Source: Octopus sinensis | Taxonomy: Eukaryota | Length of the DNA: 64,000 bases | NCBI RefSeq assembly: GCF_006345805.1 | Contig: NC_042998.1 | Coordinates: 40,114,001-40,178,000, forward strand | Reading direction: 5' to 3' | Part shown: piece by piece, positions 39,501 to 51,604 of the stretch | Position numbering within the stretch: position 1 is the first letter of the stretch | Layout of the letters: each line of letters begins with the position of its first letter | Notes under the pieces: generated by a model | Told to the model about the DNA's origin: nothing | Seen by the model: only the letters and a program-made list of their open reading frames with translations | Databases searched by the model: none | Program-made: the position numbers and the translations under genes

Positions 39501-42462
39501 AGAGTACAAATGACAGGTGGAATAATTAAATGTGGAGAGTTAGCTGTATTATTGGATTTCAGCTTATAGTAGAGAACTTTCCACCTCATATGAGTGATGA
39601 AGTTGATTGTTTTCTGTAGTAAGAGATCAATGTAGAGATCCCTCAGTGGGATTGGAATATTCTTTATAGATGTACCCAAGAGTTTCTTATCAATGAATGT
39701 TATCTATATGTAGTGCTCAGAGCCAACTAATAGGTGTATAGTTTACAGATGAGAACTAGAGATTCTTTGTATAGAAGACGCTTAGTAGCTCAAAAGATTC
39801 AAACTTAGACTCTGATGTCTTTACAAGGGATGCATCAAATATTTATTTACTACATTATATATATATATATATATCATCATCATCATCATCATCATTTAAC
39901 GTCCGCTTTCCATGCTAGCATGGGTTGGACGGTTCAACTGGGGTCTGGGGAGCCCGAAAGCTGCACCAGTCCAGTCAGATCTGGCAGTGTTTCTACAGCT
40001 GGATGCCCTTCCTAACGCCAACCACTCCGAGAGTGTAGTGGGTGATTTTATGTGCCACCGACACAGGTGCCAGACGAGGCTGGCAAACGGCCACGCTCGG
40101 ATGGTGTTTTTTATGTGCCACCGACACAGGTGCCAGACGAGGCTGATATATATATATATATATATATATAAAGTTAATCCAAACATGAAAACACAAAGAG
40201 AAAACACAACAACGTGAGGACATGGAACAAGTATAGTGTTATTGGACGCTCAGGAAAGAAGGAGGGTTTAATGTTTCGAGCGGAGCTCTTCGTCAGAAAC
40301 ATAAGAAAAGGAAAGATCCAAAGAAGGGAAGACGGAGGAAAAAAATCGCCATATATATATATATGTGGTTCAAAATGATACAAAAGACTGAGGGAACAAC
40401 AAACAGGGTGTATTAGTTTGATGCTTAGGAAAAATGGAAAAAGTCTTTGACATTTTGAGCATACACTCTTCTACAGAAAGGAATGAAGAGAGGTAAAAAG
40501 GTGCCTGGATTAATGGTCGCACATGTTGAATTCACCTTATATACTTCCCACAGACAATGTCTTGAGTACTCTTGTTTGTAAAACTACTTACAAATAAATA
40601 TACAAATGGATGTGTAAAGATTTTATAAAACATTATATGTCAGATTCCATGCAAATATTAACCAGTTTGAAAATTTGCATATGTTGTTGAGGTAGATATT
40701 TACAAGGATTGATGTCTTTGCAAATTTATCTAATTAGATAAAGTAATTGACAATAGAATAGTGTTTTTCTTTCAGAAGTAACTATATTATAGTAGTCCTC
40801 TACCTTAAGTAATCAATCTTACTAATTACTAAATTATCTAAATTTTGAAACTCATCTTATATATATCAGCAGAAAAAAAACACCAAATTTTAAATTATAT
40901 TATTTTATTAGTTATTCAGCTGAAGGTGTTAACTCAAGTATGAATATTGGTAAAGACCTGAGTTAATGTTTAGATGGTTTACTGTATGTAAGTTATAAAA
41001 ATATGCCTGGGTGATACTGAGATATGTTGTGATGACAGTCATGAAGGATTTAAAAATTTAAAAAAAGCATTTTTTCCCTGTATTTTTTTTAGTGTGAATG
41101 GTTACTAGGTGATCGCAAGACTGTCCCAAGTGATGTTGATGAAGGACTTGATGTCAATGGTCCAATCTATAAAGCCATTATGTCAAATCCAATAATTCAA
41201 GTGGGACTGAATAATCCAAGATGTTTATTAGGTAAGTCTTTTGTTAATAAGTTATTTTATGTGCTTATTATCATATTTGATGGCATATGAGGCACTTAAA
41301 AAAAGTCTCAAAAAGTAACCATCCCTGAGTCCTATATGTCCTTTATATACAGCAAATGAAGTTGGTGTAGGTGCAGTCAAAGTGGTTGGCAATGTGTAAC
41401 TTACTATTCTGTATCTTTGTTTTTTTCACTTTTAACCAACTAATTTGCATAAGTACATGTGTAACTGAAAAGCTTGCTTCTGAACCATATGGTTCTGGGT
41501 TCAGTTCCATTTCATGGTACCTTGAGGAAGTATTCTCTACTACAGCCTTAGGACAACCAAGGCCTTGTGAGTGGATTTGGTTGATGGAAACTAAATGAAG
41601 CTCGTATGTATGTATGTACATATGTACGTACATACATACGTATGTATGAGCAAGAGGGTTGGTATTGCCTTCTCTTGACATTATATGATGGCTGTAAATG
41701 AGTGTTACTGTCATACTAGCAGTCATTCATTTCCAGACATGGCTAACCAAGGGAAAAATATAACTTTACTTGGAAACAGGTGAGGGTTGGTGACAGGAAG
41801 GGCATCTTGACTGTTGAAAATCTACCTCAACAAATTCTGACCAACTCAAACAAACATGAAAAAGTGGCTGTTAAAAAGATAATGTGTTTTGTTGTGCTTG
41901 TATAGGTAAACATCTTTCTAATTCCTCCCATTTATTTTTGCTTTATTACTCTAACTTGTGACTTGGTCAGCTCCCCTTACTCTTTTCTTAAATTCTTCTT
42001 GCAGCCATCTCATTCCTTCAGCAAAAGCCTCTTCCTGAAATTTTAGAATTCAGTTCTTTTCATGACACATGAATTTATTTTATTTTTAAAACCGTATTCG
42101 CTGATTTTTGCCAATGCAGCTCATCGCTAATTTATTTGGGGGAGAATCTGTATTTTGCAAGTAGAGCACTGAGTTGAAAAGGGAAGTTGTTGCTTTTTTG
42201 AGAAATAAAATATTGCTATTGTTTTTTTTTATATTCTTAATTTCAGATTTTATTAAATCTATTAATTATTGTCGTTATTTCTTTTGTTACAGCATTCATT
42301 TTGATGCTAGAGAGTCCTTTGACGGCAAATCAATGGTTGAGTGATGCTGAAACAGGTCCTGTCTTGCTACAAGTTTCTCGAATTTATCATGCTGAAAAGA
42401 ACTCCAACAAAGCTTTGGCATCTCAGAACAGTCTAGGTCTTGGAGGTAGCACCAGTAGATGA
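27534..42462 (+). CDS. UBAC1: Ubiquitin-associated domain-containing protein 1 (KPC2): UBL-UBA-UBA-STI1, 10 exons, 419 aa
   Basis: Exons: 27534-27789, 31506-31564, 33208-33318, 34722-34824, 36035-36149, 36902-37019, 37585-37686, 38367-38453, 41093-41231, 42293-42462 (total 1260 nt, phases consistent). N-terminus MFVSDTLVF, a UBL domain ending [12 protein letters not shown]1 [28 protein letters not shown]2 [31 protein letters not shown], then [18 protein letters not shown] and [15 protein letters not shown]. Confidence 0.95.
29490..30090 (-). mobile_element. 5'-truncated CR1/L2-type LINE 3' end in UBAC1 intron 1
   Basis: [43 protein letters not shown] (ORF 29566-29916, one upstream in-frame stop), ending in a (TAAC)n tail near 29490-29500. 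Confidence 0.85.
30632..30975 (-). mobile_element. tRNA-headed SINE, family A (diverged)
   Basis: Similar to 5688-6087 along its length. Confidence 0.75.
31034..31184. mobile_element. hAT-like MITE
   Basis: TIRs CACTAGCGTAGCTAG / CTAGTTACAGTAGTG. 8-bp TSD TATATAAC / TGTATAAC. Confidence 0.65.
32506..32927 (-). mobile_element. tRNA-headed SINE, family A (diverged, duplicated head segment)
   Basis: Similar to 5688-6087. GGGAGCAAGCTTCTT / GGGAAGCAAGCTTCTT is repeated near the head. Confidence 0.75.
34449..34675. mobile_element. hAT (Charlie-like) MITE
   Basis: CAGCGGTTC ... GGTTGAGAACCACTT, with flanks ATCTATAC / ATCTTTGC (6/8 match). Confidence 0.55.
34942..35412 (-). mobile_element. 5'-truncated RTE-type LINE 3' end with 12-bp target-site duplication
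   Basis: ORF 34944-35291 (QFAGHC, WKP, DREVWR). Direct repeat TGCAGTAGTCAT at 34930-34941 and 35413-35424. Confidence 0.88.
38540..39030 (-). mobile_element. Truncated Tc1/mariner-like element (5' TIR plus transposase N-terminal fragment)
   Basis: TIR-like GTGTCCCAAAAAATGTATACATACTTTAA at about 39025-38995 (minus strand). Fragments include [17 protein letters not shown], typical of Tc1-like transposases. Confidence 0.6.
39095..39405 (+). mobile_element. Repeat family B copy
   Basis: Family B core and (GAT)n tail. Confidence 0.85.
39875..40145 (-). mobile_element. Repeat family B copy, inverted relative to 39095-39405
   Basis: (CAT)n followed by the reverse complement of the family B core. 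Confidence 0.85.
40165..40500 (-). mobile_element. Penelope-like terminal-repeat fragments (two tandem units) carrying degenerate minimal hammerhead motifs
   Basis: Minus strand GTTT-CTGACGA-A-GAGCTCCGCTC-GAAA-CATT-AAAC (40300-40266) and CTTT-CTGTAGA-A-GAGTGTATGCTC-AAAA-TGTC-AAAG (40480-40445). Each is followed by a similar T-rich tract. The Penelope attribution is inferred from the known association of such motifs with PLEs. Confidence 0.5.
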
Positions 42463-45400
42463 TGGTAACTTACTTTAGCAGCCATTATAGCTTCAATTTT
42501 CTCCAGTCCTCTCATGGAACAGTCTAGGTCTTCAAGTAGATAGTGACAACTTCTGGCTTAGCAACAATTATTGTTTGAATTCCCTTCTATTACTTTATTA
42601 CAATCCTTCTTTTTTATTTTTTCACTTAGCTTCCTTCTCTATAAGTCCACTTTGTTTTTCTTTCACATCATCACACAATTTTTTTTATTGCATTTTCATT
42701 TTGTGACTTTTGTTTTCTAATGATTTATCAGTGAACTTTCTCAATAGCCTTAAGTTAGTGTACATATTTAATGCAAGGAGCATTAAAAAGCTAAATAGAA
42801 ATAATTGTAGTGAATAATTATGAAGAAAAAAACAATATTAGTTAATGACTAGTGTTATTTAGATGATTTTTGCAAGTACAGGAAATAACTCCGGACATGC
42901 TCTTATGATCTCATCAGCAAAGCGTAGCCTTCACTGTACTTACCAAAATAGTGATGAAAGAATCACCATAATTTTTTTCTGAAATAGTCCCAGTTGATTA
43001 ATGAATTGTATGCAAAGCTTCGACATCACTTCTCTTCTTGAAGCTCTCCTATTTAATGTTATTTTGCTTCAGTTTTGTTAAGAAGAGTGTTTTGAAGTAA
43101 GTGTAATAGACACTGTCCTATGTCACATTTGTCTAATGATTTCCAATTCAGACTTTGCGTCTGTATACTTTTATTATCCAAGACTTATGAGAGCCTGGAA
43201 ACAAAGAAGGGCTTTCATCTTCAGTCCTTGTAAATTGCTAGAAAATATATTTTCATTTCCTTTTTAGAAATTCTTTAATGCATAGTTTCTCTTGAACTAA
43301 ATTTCTACATAGGGATGCAATGAAGCAACTTTATGCATTTTACAGCTAAATGGAAAGTTAACTGTTTGGTCTCTAATGAAAATAAGAAATAAAATATATA
43401 TTCATATGACACTTAATGAAGAGAAGAAAATGGTTAAATATGATTTAATGAAATGACTTTTGGGTGTGTTTTGATGAACGAGGTTTCCAATTGTTCAATC
43501 AATAGAACTACTTTGTGTATTATTGTGTAAGTGGCTGAGTATACCTCAGTCACTTATACCCTGAGTGTGTTCTTCAGGTAGACTCTGCATAATGTTGCAT
43601 GACAAAGCTGAGTCTTTGAAAGTCCATTTGACAGGTTCCTATGCAGTTTCTGTCAATCCAATATCACTGTCAAGGCTTGGATTGTCCCGAAATTATAGTA
43701 GTTGACATTTGTCTGCAGTTAAAGAATCCAGAACCTCAGGAGTGAGAGGCAAAATTATTAACTACTCAGCAATGTTTCTACATTGGCAATAGTTTGTTGT
43801 TATATACTTGAAATAGTTTAATAATCAATGAGTTGATTCTAGATATTTATTTGCTTCTATTGGAAAATCTACTTAGTGATTGTTTAGTTAAGCTGTTGAT
43901 ATTCTTTTGAATAACTGTTCAAATTTACAGAAAATTGTGTTCCTCTTTTAGTATTTGTATTGTTCTCTAATATTTTGACATAAAACAGGCATACACCTTC
44001 TGTGTTTTAGTGTTTTACAGGTTGAAGTCTATTGTAATTTTTTTAAAAATATAGTTTTTTTTTTTGAAAAACTTACATTAAAATGGAATTTTTGAAAAAA
44101 TTGAAGCAACCTTGCAGATCATCTTGGTAGCCAATTATATTTTTTAAATACTTTATTTTATTTTATTTTACTTTTGGTTTTTCTAACTAGTCAGTTACTT
44201 GGTTTTAACTGTTTGTGGAAAGTTGTTGTTTTGTTACTTTTAATTCCTTTGGGCAAGATGGTTATAAAGTTAACATTGTAATTAATTAAAGCATTAATTT
44301 TATTGGAAGGTACTTAATGTTTGAAAGGGCAAAATGGAAATTAATTTATTGCCAAATAATATGCTGTGAATTTTATGGAAATGAAAAAAAGTTTTATTGA
44401 AATACATCAATGTTGTAAATGGCTGGAATAATAGTGTTGGTTAAAATGTATTAGCATTATTTAGTTTTGCCACTCTGTTCTGTGTTTATATCTTGCTTTT
44501 GACTGAATTTAGCATTCATCTCTTGGGTTAATTCTTAATTATATTATCTCTCAAAAATTAGTCTTTGTGGCTGGTAAAAAAGAAGAAAGATTAAAACTAC
44601 ATATCTAATGGAAACTAATATTATCAAAAAAGTTAACTTTGAGGATCTTGTAAAAATGAAAATTGTGAATTGCTCCTGTCTTGCTAGTTTGAGATTTTAT
44701 TGTAAAAATATTCAAACGAGCTTCTTTATCAATCGCAAAGTCTTTCAATTAAGTTAAAACAATCCGAAGGAACTAATGTGGGGTATAACTCTGTATAAGA
44801 AAGAAACTAACTTATTATTCTCTTTGAATTTTGGAAAATCATTAAAAGCCTATAAACTTTTATGCACATTTTTGAGAGTCTTGCTACAATACCCACTGAT
44901 ATATATATGTGTGTGTGTGCATGCGTACACACACACACACAAAGCAGATTTAAAAAATTGAAAAATGCCAGCAGTATATTTTATTTGGTTAAGAAATTAT
45001 AAATTCCTTTTGGCTTAGACTGAAGGGGCCATGCCAGTGGTTTTTGCAGGCTTTCTGGGATAGTGAAATCAATATAGTTTACATTCATCTTGAACTGTTG
45101 TAAGTTGACATCTGCTGGAGAAATATGGGTGGGGAAGGAATTTTGAAAGATAAATATTCTTGGGAGGAAAGATTGGACTAAGGGGTTAGTGCAGGGTGTA
45201 TAAGATAAGACATAGTAAAGGTGATATAAATGGGAGAGATAGATGTATCAGTTGAGCCAGGGCAGAAGTGGTATGCAACTAGCTAGTTCAAAACATAACA
45301 AGTGTATGTCAATGCATCAGTATTTATGTTAGCACACACATGCTCATAAGTGTTCTTTTGTGTACATAACTATACAGAAATGTATGCATGTATGAATATG

Positions 45401-45664
45401 TGTGAATGCAAATTATGTAACTTTTAGGTCAACCAATTATTAAGCAATCAATAAGAAGATTGTTGATAATATCTGAAAGGCAAGTCTGATTTGTGATGTT
45501 GATAGAGATACATTATCACTTTCATTTTCCATTTTGATTTCAACATTATTGTCCTTTTATTTTTTTTTATTTTTCATTGCAAGATCTTTGCTGTTTTAAG
45601 TTTTGCATGCATGCATTATTATCATCATCCTTGTTAGTTCCATTGTTGAACATCAGTATCTTAT

Positions 45665-46068
45665 CCCTTTAGCATTTAAACCAGCCATATCCAGCCTAAA
45701 TATCCTTGTTTTATGTTTGAATCAACCAGATCTGGATCCTCATACTTATCCAACTACGTCATTCTAAAAATATGTAATCATATCATCGAAATCCCAAAGC
45801 AACAAGCTAATGCATGATTAATTCAAAACTGTGTTAATAAATAAGCATTATATTTAACAGGTGCCAAGCTGTATCGGCCTTTCCCTTGGATAACACTGGT
45901 GGCGTGGAGAGGGGAGGCCGGTATGCATGGGCAACTGCTGGTCTTCCATAAACAACCTTGTCTGGACTTGTGCCTGGGAGGGTAACTTTCTAGGTGCAGT
46001 TCCATGGTCTGTGTCGTGACTGAAGGGGGTCTCAGAATATTTAACAGAATAATCTAAATGTTAAAGGG
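45665..46068. mobile_element. piggyBac-like MITE (family 2) with nested 176-bp insertion
   Basis: TTAT|CCCTTTAGCATTTA ... TAAATGTTAAAGGG|TTAA. The insert 45861-46036 is flanked by an 11-bp direct repeat ATATTTAACAG (45850-45860, 46037-46047). Confidence 0.7.
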
Positions 46069-49000
46069 TTAACAATTTAATATTATCTGTTACTTGAATT
46101 TATGATGGACTGTAAGGATTTCCTCCTGTCAACTCCTTTGTATGATAAATCTCTTCATCTTTGCATTCACCATTAAATTTTCATTATGAGAAAATTTATT
46201 TACAGTTGTTGCTATTGATAACAGGCCAATGTTATTAGTTTCATGACAGATTCCTTACTGTTTTATGTAGTAAGGAATAGGTTGGACATCCATTAGTTCA
46301 ACTTTTGCAAAATAATCACATTTGCTTGACAAGCTATAACAGCATAATAAAATCCCAAACATTTTCATTGAGAAAGTCTATTAACGCTTTTCTGCTTAAT
46401 GAGTTTCTTTAGAATGATGTATTTTGTTAGACTGGGAATGAGGGATATGATTGAATGCACATCTTCCTGTAATGTTGGTCCTGTTTTATGCTTAAGTTCT
46501 TTTTTTTTTATTTTATAATCAAGTTTAATGTTCCCTTAGTGTACTATTTAATTGTTCAGCCTTATTACTTCTTATTTAAGGATAAGGTGATGGTGACATT
46601 TGAAAAATTGAATTTATTTTTTAATTATCAAATTGTAAGATTACACAGGAGTTCCATGAAAAAATGAGAGAGAATAGTGAAGAAAGACAACTATTGTTGC
46701 GCTCAAATCTTTACAAAGGAAAGCAAATGGATGTTTTGAAAAAGAAAAAAAGAAGTTCAGTAATAATTACAAATAGTTATTTGTTTTGAGGTATTAGATG
46801 GCAAATGACCTTTTAAATAAATGCTAACTTAACACATTGTATTGCTTTTATCAAAGAATTGTATGATGAGAGAAGCATGATTTTAAAAGAGCACAAATAT
46901 AATACTTTGTACAGGTTTGTTTGACATCATAGTCATGTAAATAAGGAAGGATTTTGAAGAAATAAAACAGATTTCTCCAAAAAGTCCAAACAATTAGTAA
47001 TTTATCTAATAACATGAGTTGATTAGACATCAAAAGTAGGAGCATCTTTAGCTTTATTATTATCATAATCATTATTATCGTAACCATTATCATCTCAGTA
47101 TCTTAACAGTTTGTGAAAAATATATGAAATGATCTGTTCATCTGTATGCAGTAGGTAATGTCCAAGTAAGACATTATTTCACCTTTGAAAATAAAATTGA
47201 CATTAGCAAAGGTTTCTTTCCTTATGTTTGGAAAATTACATTAGTTGTCAGTGTTTTTAAGAAAAAGGTAACAGGTAGTTTTTTGATGTAAAAGTATTCA
47301 TGAGATAGTTTGAGAATCATCTGTTTCTACATGAAATGGTATTTCATCTCTAATAGATGTAAGTAAAATTTCATGTATTTTACTTTTTTGACTTTGAATT
47401 GAAGAAATTACAAATATACTGATAAGAAATGAACAATTTAGTATTCTCTGAAAATTGAGAAGTCCACTTGGTGTAATTATTAAGTACTCCCAAAGAATGC
47501 TTTGTTGTATCAGAGAGTGAAATAATGATTTAAATCTAAGCTTCAGTTGTATTGGGAGTTTTTACTACATTGTGATTTTCCTCCAAAGTTTTCTTAAATA
47601 GCCTTTGGGTAACTGCATATTAATCTCACAAAAAAGTTTGAAGCTATTTTTAAAAAAATAATGATATGACTTATAATTAAGAAGTTGGATGAATCTGCTG
47701 AGTATTCTGAAATATATGGCATACAGATCTTTATTGTTAAGATCTGAAATTAATTACAATGTTAATTATATTTTGATTCTTTATTATTACATTATAAATA
47801 GTTGAAAAAAATAGGTAAATTGATGGCTATCTATTTGGAGTATACTATAACTGAATCATTGTACCGAGAAATTTTTTGATCTACTAAATATCACCTCTTT
47901 TGTTGATATTTTCTACCATGTTAGTGTCATTTAAATTATAGGCAGCTTATAATAAAATGGAAGCACTTTGTTAAATGAAATAAATTTTTGAATAAGGATT
48001 GAACATGCTTCCTTTTGTTTAACTGTTTAGCTAAATTTTCTTTGTATTTTATAACTTTGATTGCATTCAGATATTTTCTGCCCTGTAATAATATATCTAC
48101 TGATAGTGATGACTGGTGTTGAACCTTATAAGAACTTTAAGGTGTTAAAAGGTTCTAATTTATGAGTTGAATAATTCACTAAAGTCTTCTTGCAGCAACA
48201 CTTTTTGTTTTCTGTATATCATCATTGAAGGTAGATTTGTACATCAGATATCAAAACTTTATTTGTGTAAAAAATACATGATATCTTACCTTAGAACCTT
48301 CAACAATATTGTGGTTATTTTAGCTTTTTTTTTTTCATGAGGATGATTCCATAACTGAAATGTTTTATTTTAACAGTCATTCTTAAATAGATTACATTTA
48401 AGATGGTGCCTTAAATGATATATTGCTTGCTGTTATACTAGGAAGCATTTCTGCCTTTATCAAAGTCTATTCTTTATGCTATAATGTACACATGGTTGTT
48501 CTGCTGGCCAGCCAACCCGTTTCTTTGCATGAATATCTGTTTCTACCTAATTTCAACTTCAGCCTGTATTTTTCGTCTCTTCCAGTTGATGCCTTTCATT
48601 TTCTACTTTAACATTCTATTGAAAAATGTTTCCATTTACTGGTAATGAGGTCACTTATGTTTGATTGTTGCAGTCAATCTAGCTTTGCACCAACTTTTGT
48701 TTTTTGCCTTTTAGTTATTTTAAAAATTACTCCTTTCTCCTTTAATGATATGAACTAAAACATTTAAATTGGTAGTTGAACAGGCCAGTAACTTTCTTTA
48801 AAGATATTGTTTCAGAGTTGCTTTTGAAATTCTAATGTAATTTTCAGAATTCTTGTACTTTAGGTTTTCTACAAATCTGTGCACATTTTTTCATGTTTTT
48901 TTCTCTTCTGCTTGAGATATAAGGCTTCTTAAAAATCTTAAGAAGGGACATGATATTACTTGAAATATCTTTTCTTGCATTCTTGTGTAGTCAATATTTT

Positions 49001-51604
49001 TTATTCTAAACTGAAGATACTTTTCAAGCCTTTTAGCTTTTAGTCCAGCATGAGCACTAACTTGTCAGGTTGGATGGGGTTGATGTTTGTAAATTGTTTG
49101 CCTTTCATCGTTTGTTACTGCTCATGATGGTCATTGTTAAGTCAGAATGTCTATCACTATTTATTGTTTGTTTATAATTTTAAACTTTTATTTATGAAAT
49201 ACCATTTATGAAATTTGTTTCATCTATTAAAAAAATGATCTGTTGATTCTTTAACAATTACATATCAAATGAACATAACTCTGGTTTTACCATCAATATA
49301 ATGGCTTGCTTTCCATTCTTTACAAAAATTTCCCTCTCCCCACTGTAAGCAATCTGAAAGACATAACAACTAAATGATGTGTTTGAAGACCCCTTTTTTG
49401 TAAGCTTTTAAAGGAAATAATTCCATTTCTTTCAGTGTTTCACATAGACATTTTTAGCATAACATTCAATAGAATACAAGAAAGAATTACAAAATTATAT
49501 GTATGTATGCACAAACCATGGCTGTGTTTTAGTTTAATTGTTTCTTATTAAAGATTTTTCTTATTTTCTTGTTAGTCCTTCTTGTTTAGTTTGGAACAGT
49601 AATATTCCTAAATCCAGTATCATTTCAAGACTTTCTTTGACCTCATCTTCTCTGTTAAAAACTATTCCTGAAGTTACTTTCAGTAATATATCTTAAACAA
49701 AACTGTACTGTACAACATTAAAATATTTTCAGCATTCAACATCAATGACAAAATGAGATTTAATCCATGCTAAAATAATTGGTTGAGCTCATCACACCAT
49801 AATAAAATAGAGTAAATAAATGTTTAGGTACCATATTTATTACATATCAAAAAAAGTAACTGGTTTCAAAGGTATAATATATATATATAAATATATAAAT
49901 AAAGAATGCTTGAAAGAGCAGTCTTTCACTTAACATGGCATTCAACTTTCTGAATGCTTATGGATTAATTTTTGATGATGCAGACAACTTCCAGTACCTT
50001 TGGATTCTAGATTTCTATATTTTAAAATGCTTTTTTTTTTTCTAAGACAATGCTGAAAACTTTGTGTAATATCCAGACATGTGTCATTAGTGAAGTGAAA
50101 TGATTAAAATAGGAATCAAAAGCAGGTTGTGAACCCAGCCTCCAATCTATGGCTCATTTTAGAATATGCATGTACTGAATACGGCATACAAAATGTTCTT
50201 AATAAAAAATTCTCTTGTAGCACCAGTATTCAAGATATTTAACACTTCTAATATGTACTATTTTTGGTTTTCATAATTTTCTACAGTATTTATTCAATAA
50301 TATTAACAATCTAGTCAAGCTGTTTGTTATCAGTATTGTATATTAGTTTTTTTTGCATGTTTTAATGTTTTTACACTTATTTTGAGATCTGATCCTTTAT
50401 CTGAATCTCCATTAGTAATTAAAAATCGTAATATTGCAACACATATATATCACATCAACTATTGGTGATTAAGGAAAATTCAAAAGTAAAGTTTTTCTAT
50501 GAGTTATATTCATTAAAAAAGACAAAGTAATTTATATTATTTAATGAAATTTTTCTGTATAAATATATTTTTAAATTTTGACATTCTGTTTCAATATTCC
50601 ACAGAAGTTAATTAATTGTTGACTTTTGTAAAAAAAAAATAAATAAAAATGAAAAAAAGAATATATGAACAGTTGCTGTGATTTCCTACATTAAAACATC
50701 TCAATAATATTTGGAGATGATTGATGACTCACTCACATATTTGCTCACTTTTTTTTCTACAATAAATTCAATTTGTATTTGTCAATGGCTTTTTATTGTT
50801 ATTATTTGTACTGAATTTAAAACTTGTTTGATTGCTTCAAAACTGTTACATACAAATTAATTTCGAATCACAAAGGAAAACATAAAATGAAATGCATTGT
50901 TGTAAAATTGTCTAAATGTGAGGTATTAGTAGTTAGAATCCTCCATCTGTAGGATTTACTTTACATTCAGCAAAATTTCTAATGCACAATGGCTTTTAAA
51001 TTGACTTGCCTTTTTGTGTTAGAAACATGAAAGAATTAATCTGTCGAGATGCATATATATCTTATTTTACGTAATTTTAAATAACTCTATATTTTTCTAT
51101 ATTAGTAGGCTTCATCTTCAAACAGTTAATGGAAAGAAAATTTTATCGAAGTCATGATTAGAACCTTGATATTATGGTGGAAAATAGGAACATTATTGGA
51201 AATTGGGATATTTTTTGAGATATCTAACAAAATCTCTAAAATAAAACAAAAATAATAGAAAAATAAAAAAGAAAGTATTTTTGAAATTTTGTATGTTCAT
51301 CGTGTTAAACATATTTCAGTTCTTTTCTTAGCATTTATTTTTAAAGATGCATTTAATGTTTCACAAAAATTTATGACCTCTATAGAAGTGCATTAGTATC
51401 CAAATTTTAAAAAAAAGATTAAAGCTTTACATTTCTTAATATAATTTAAAACATTAAACTGGTTTTATTTCAATTAAGCACAACATTAACAATAATTCAG
51501 ATGTACCATTTTATCTTAAACTGTAATGTTGTCAGCAACTTGGTCTAGTGACAGAGAGAAAACATTAACTACTTGATTTTTAAATGTATTGATGGTTTCA
51601 AATG

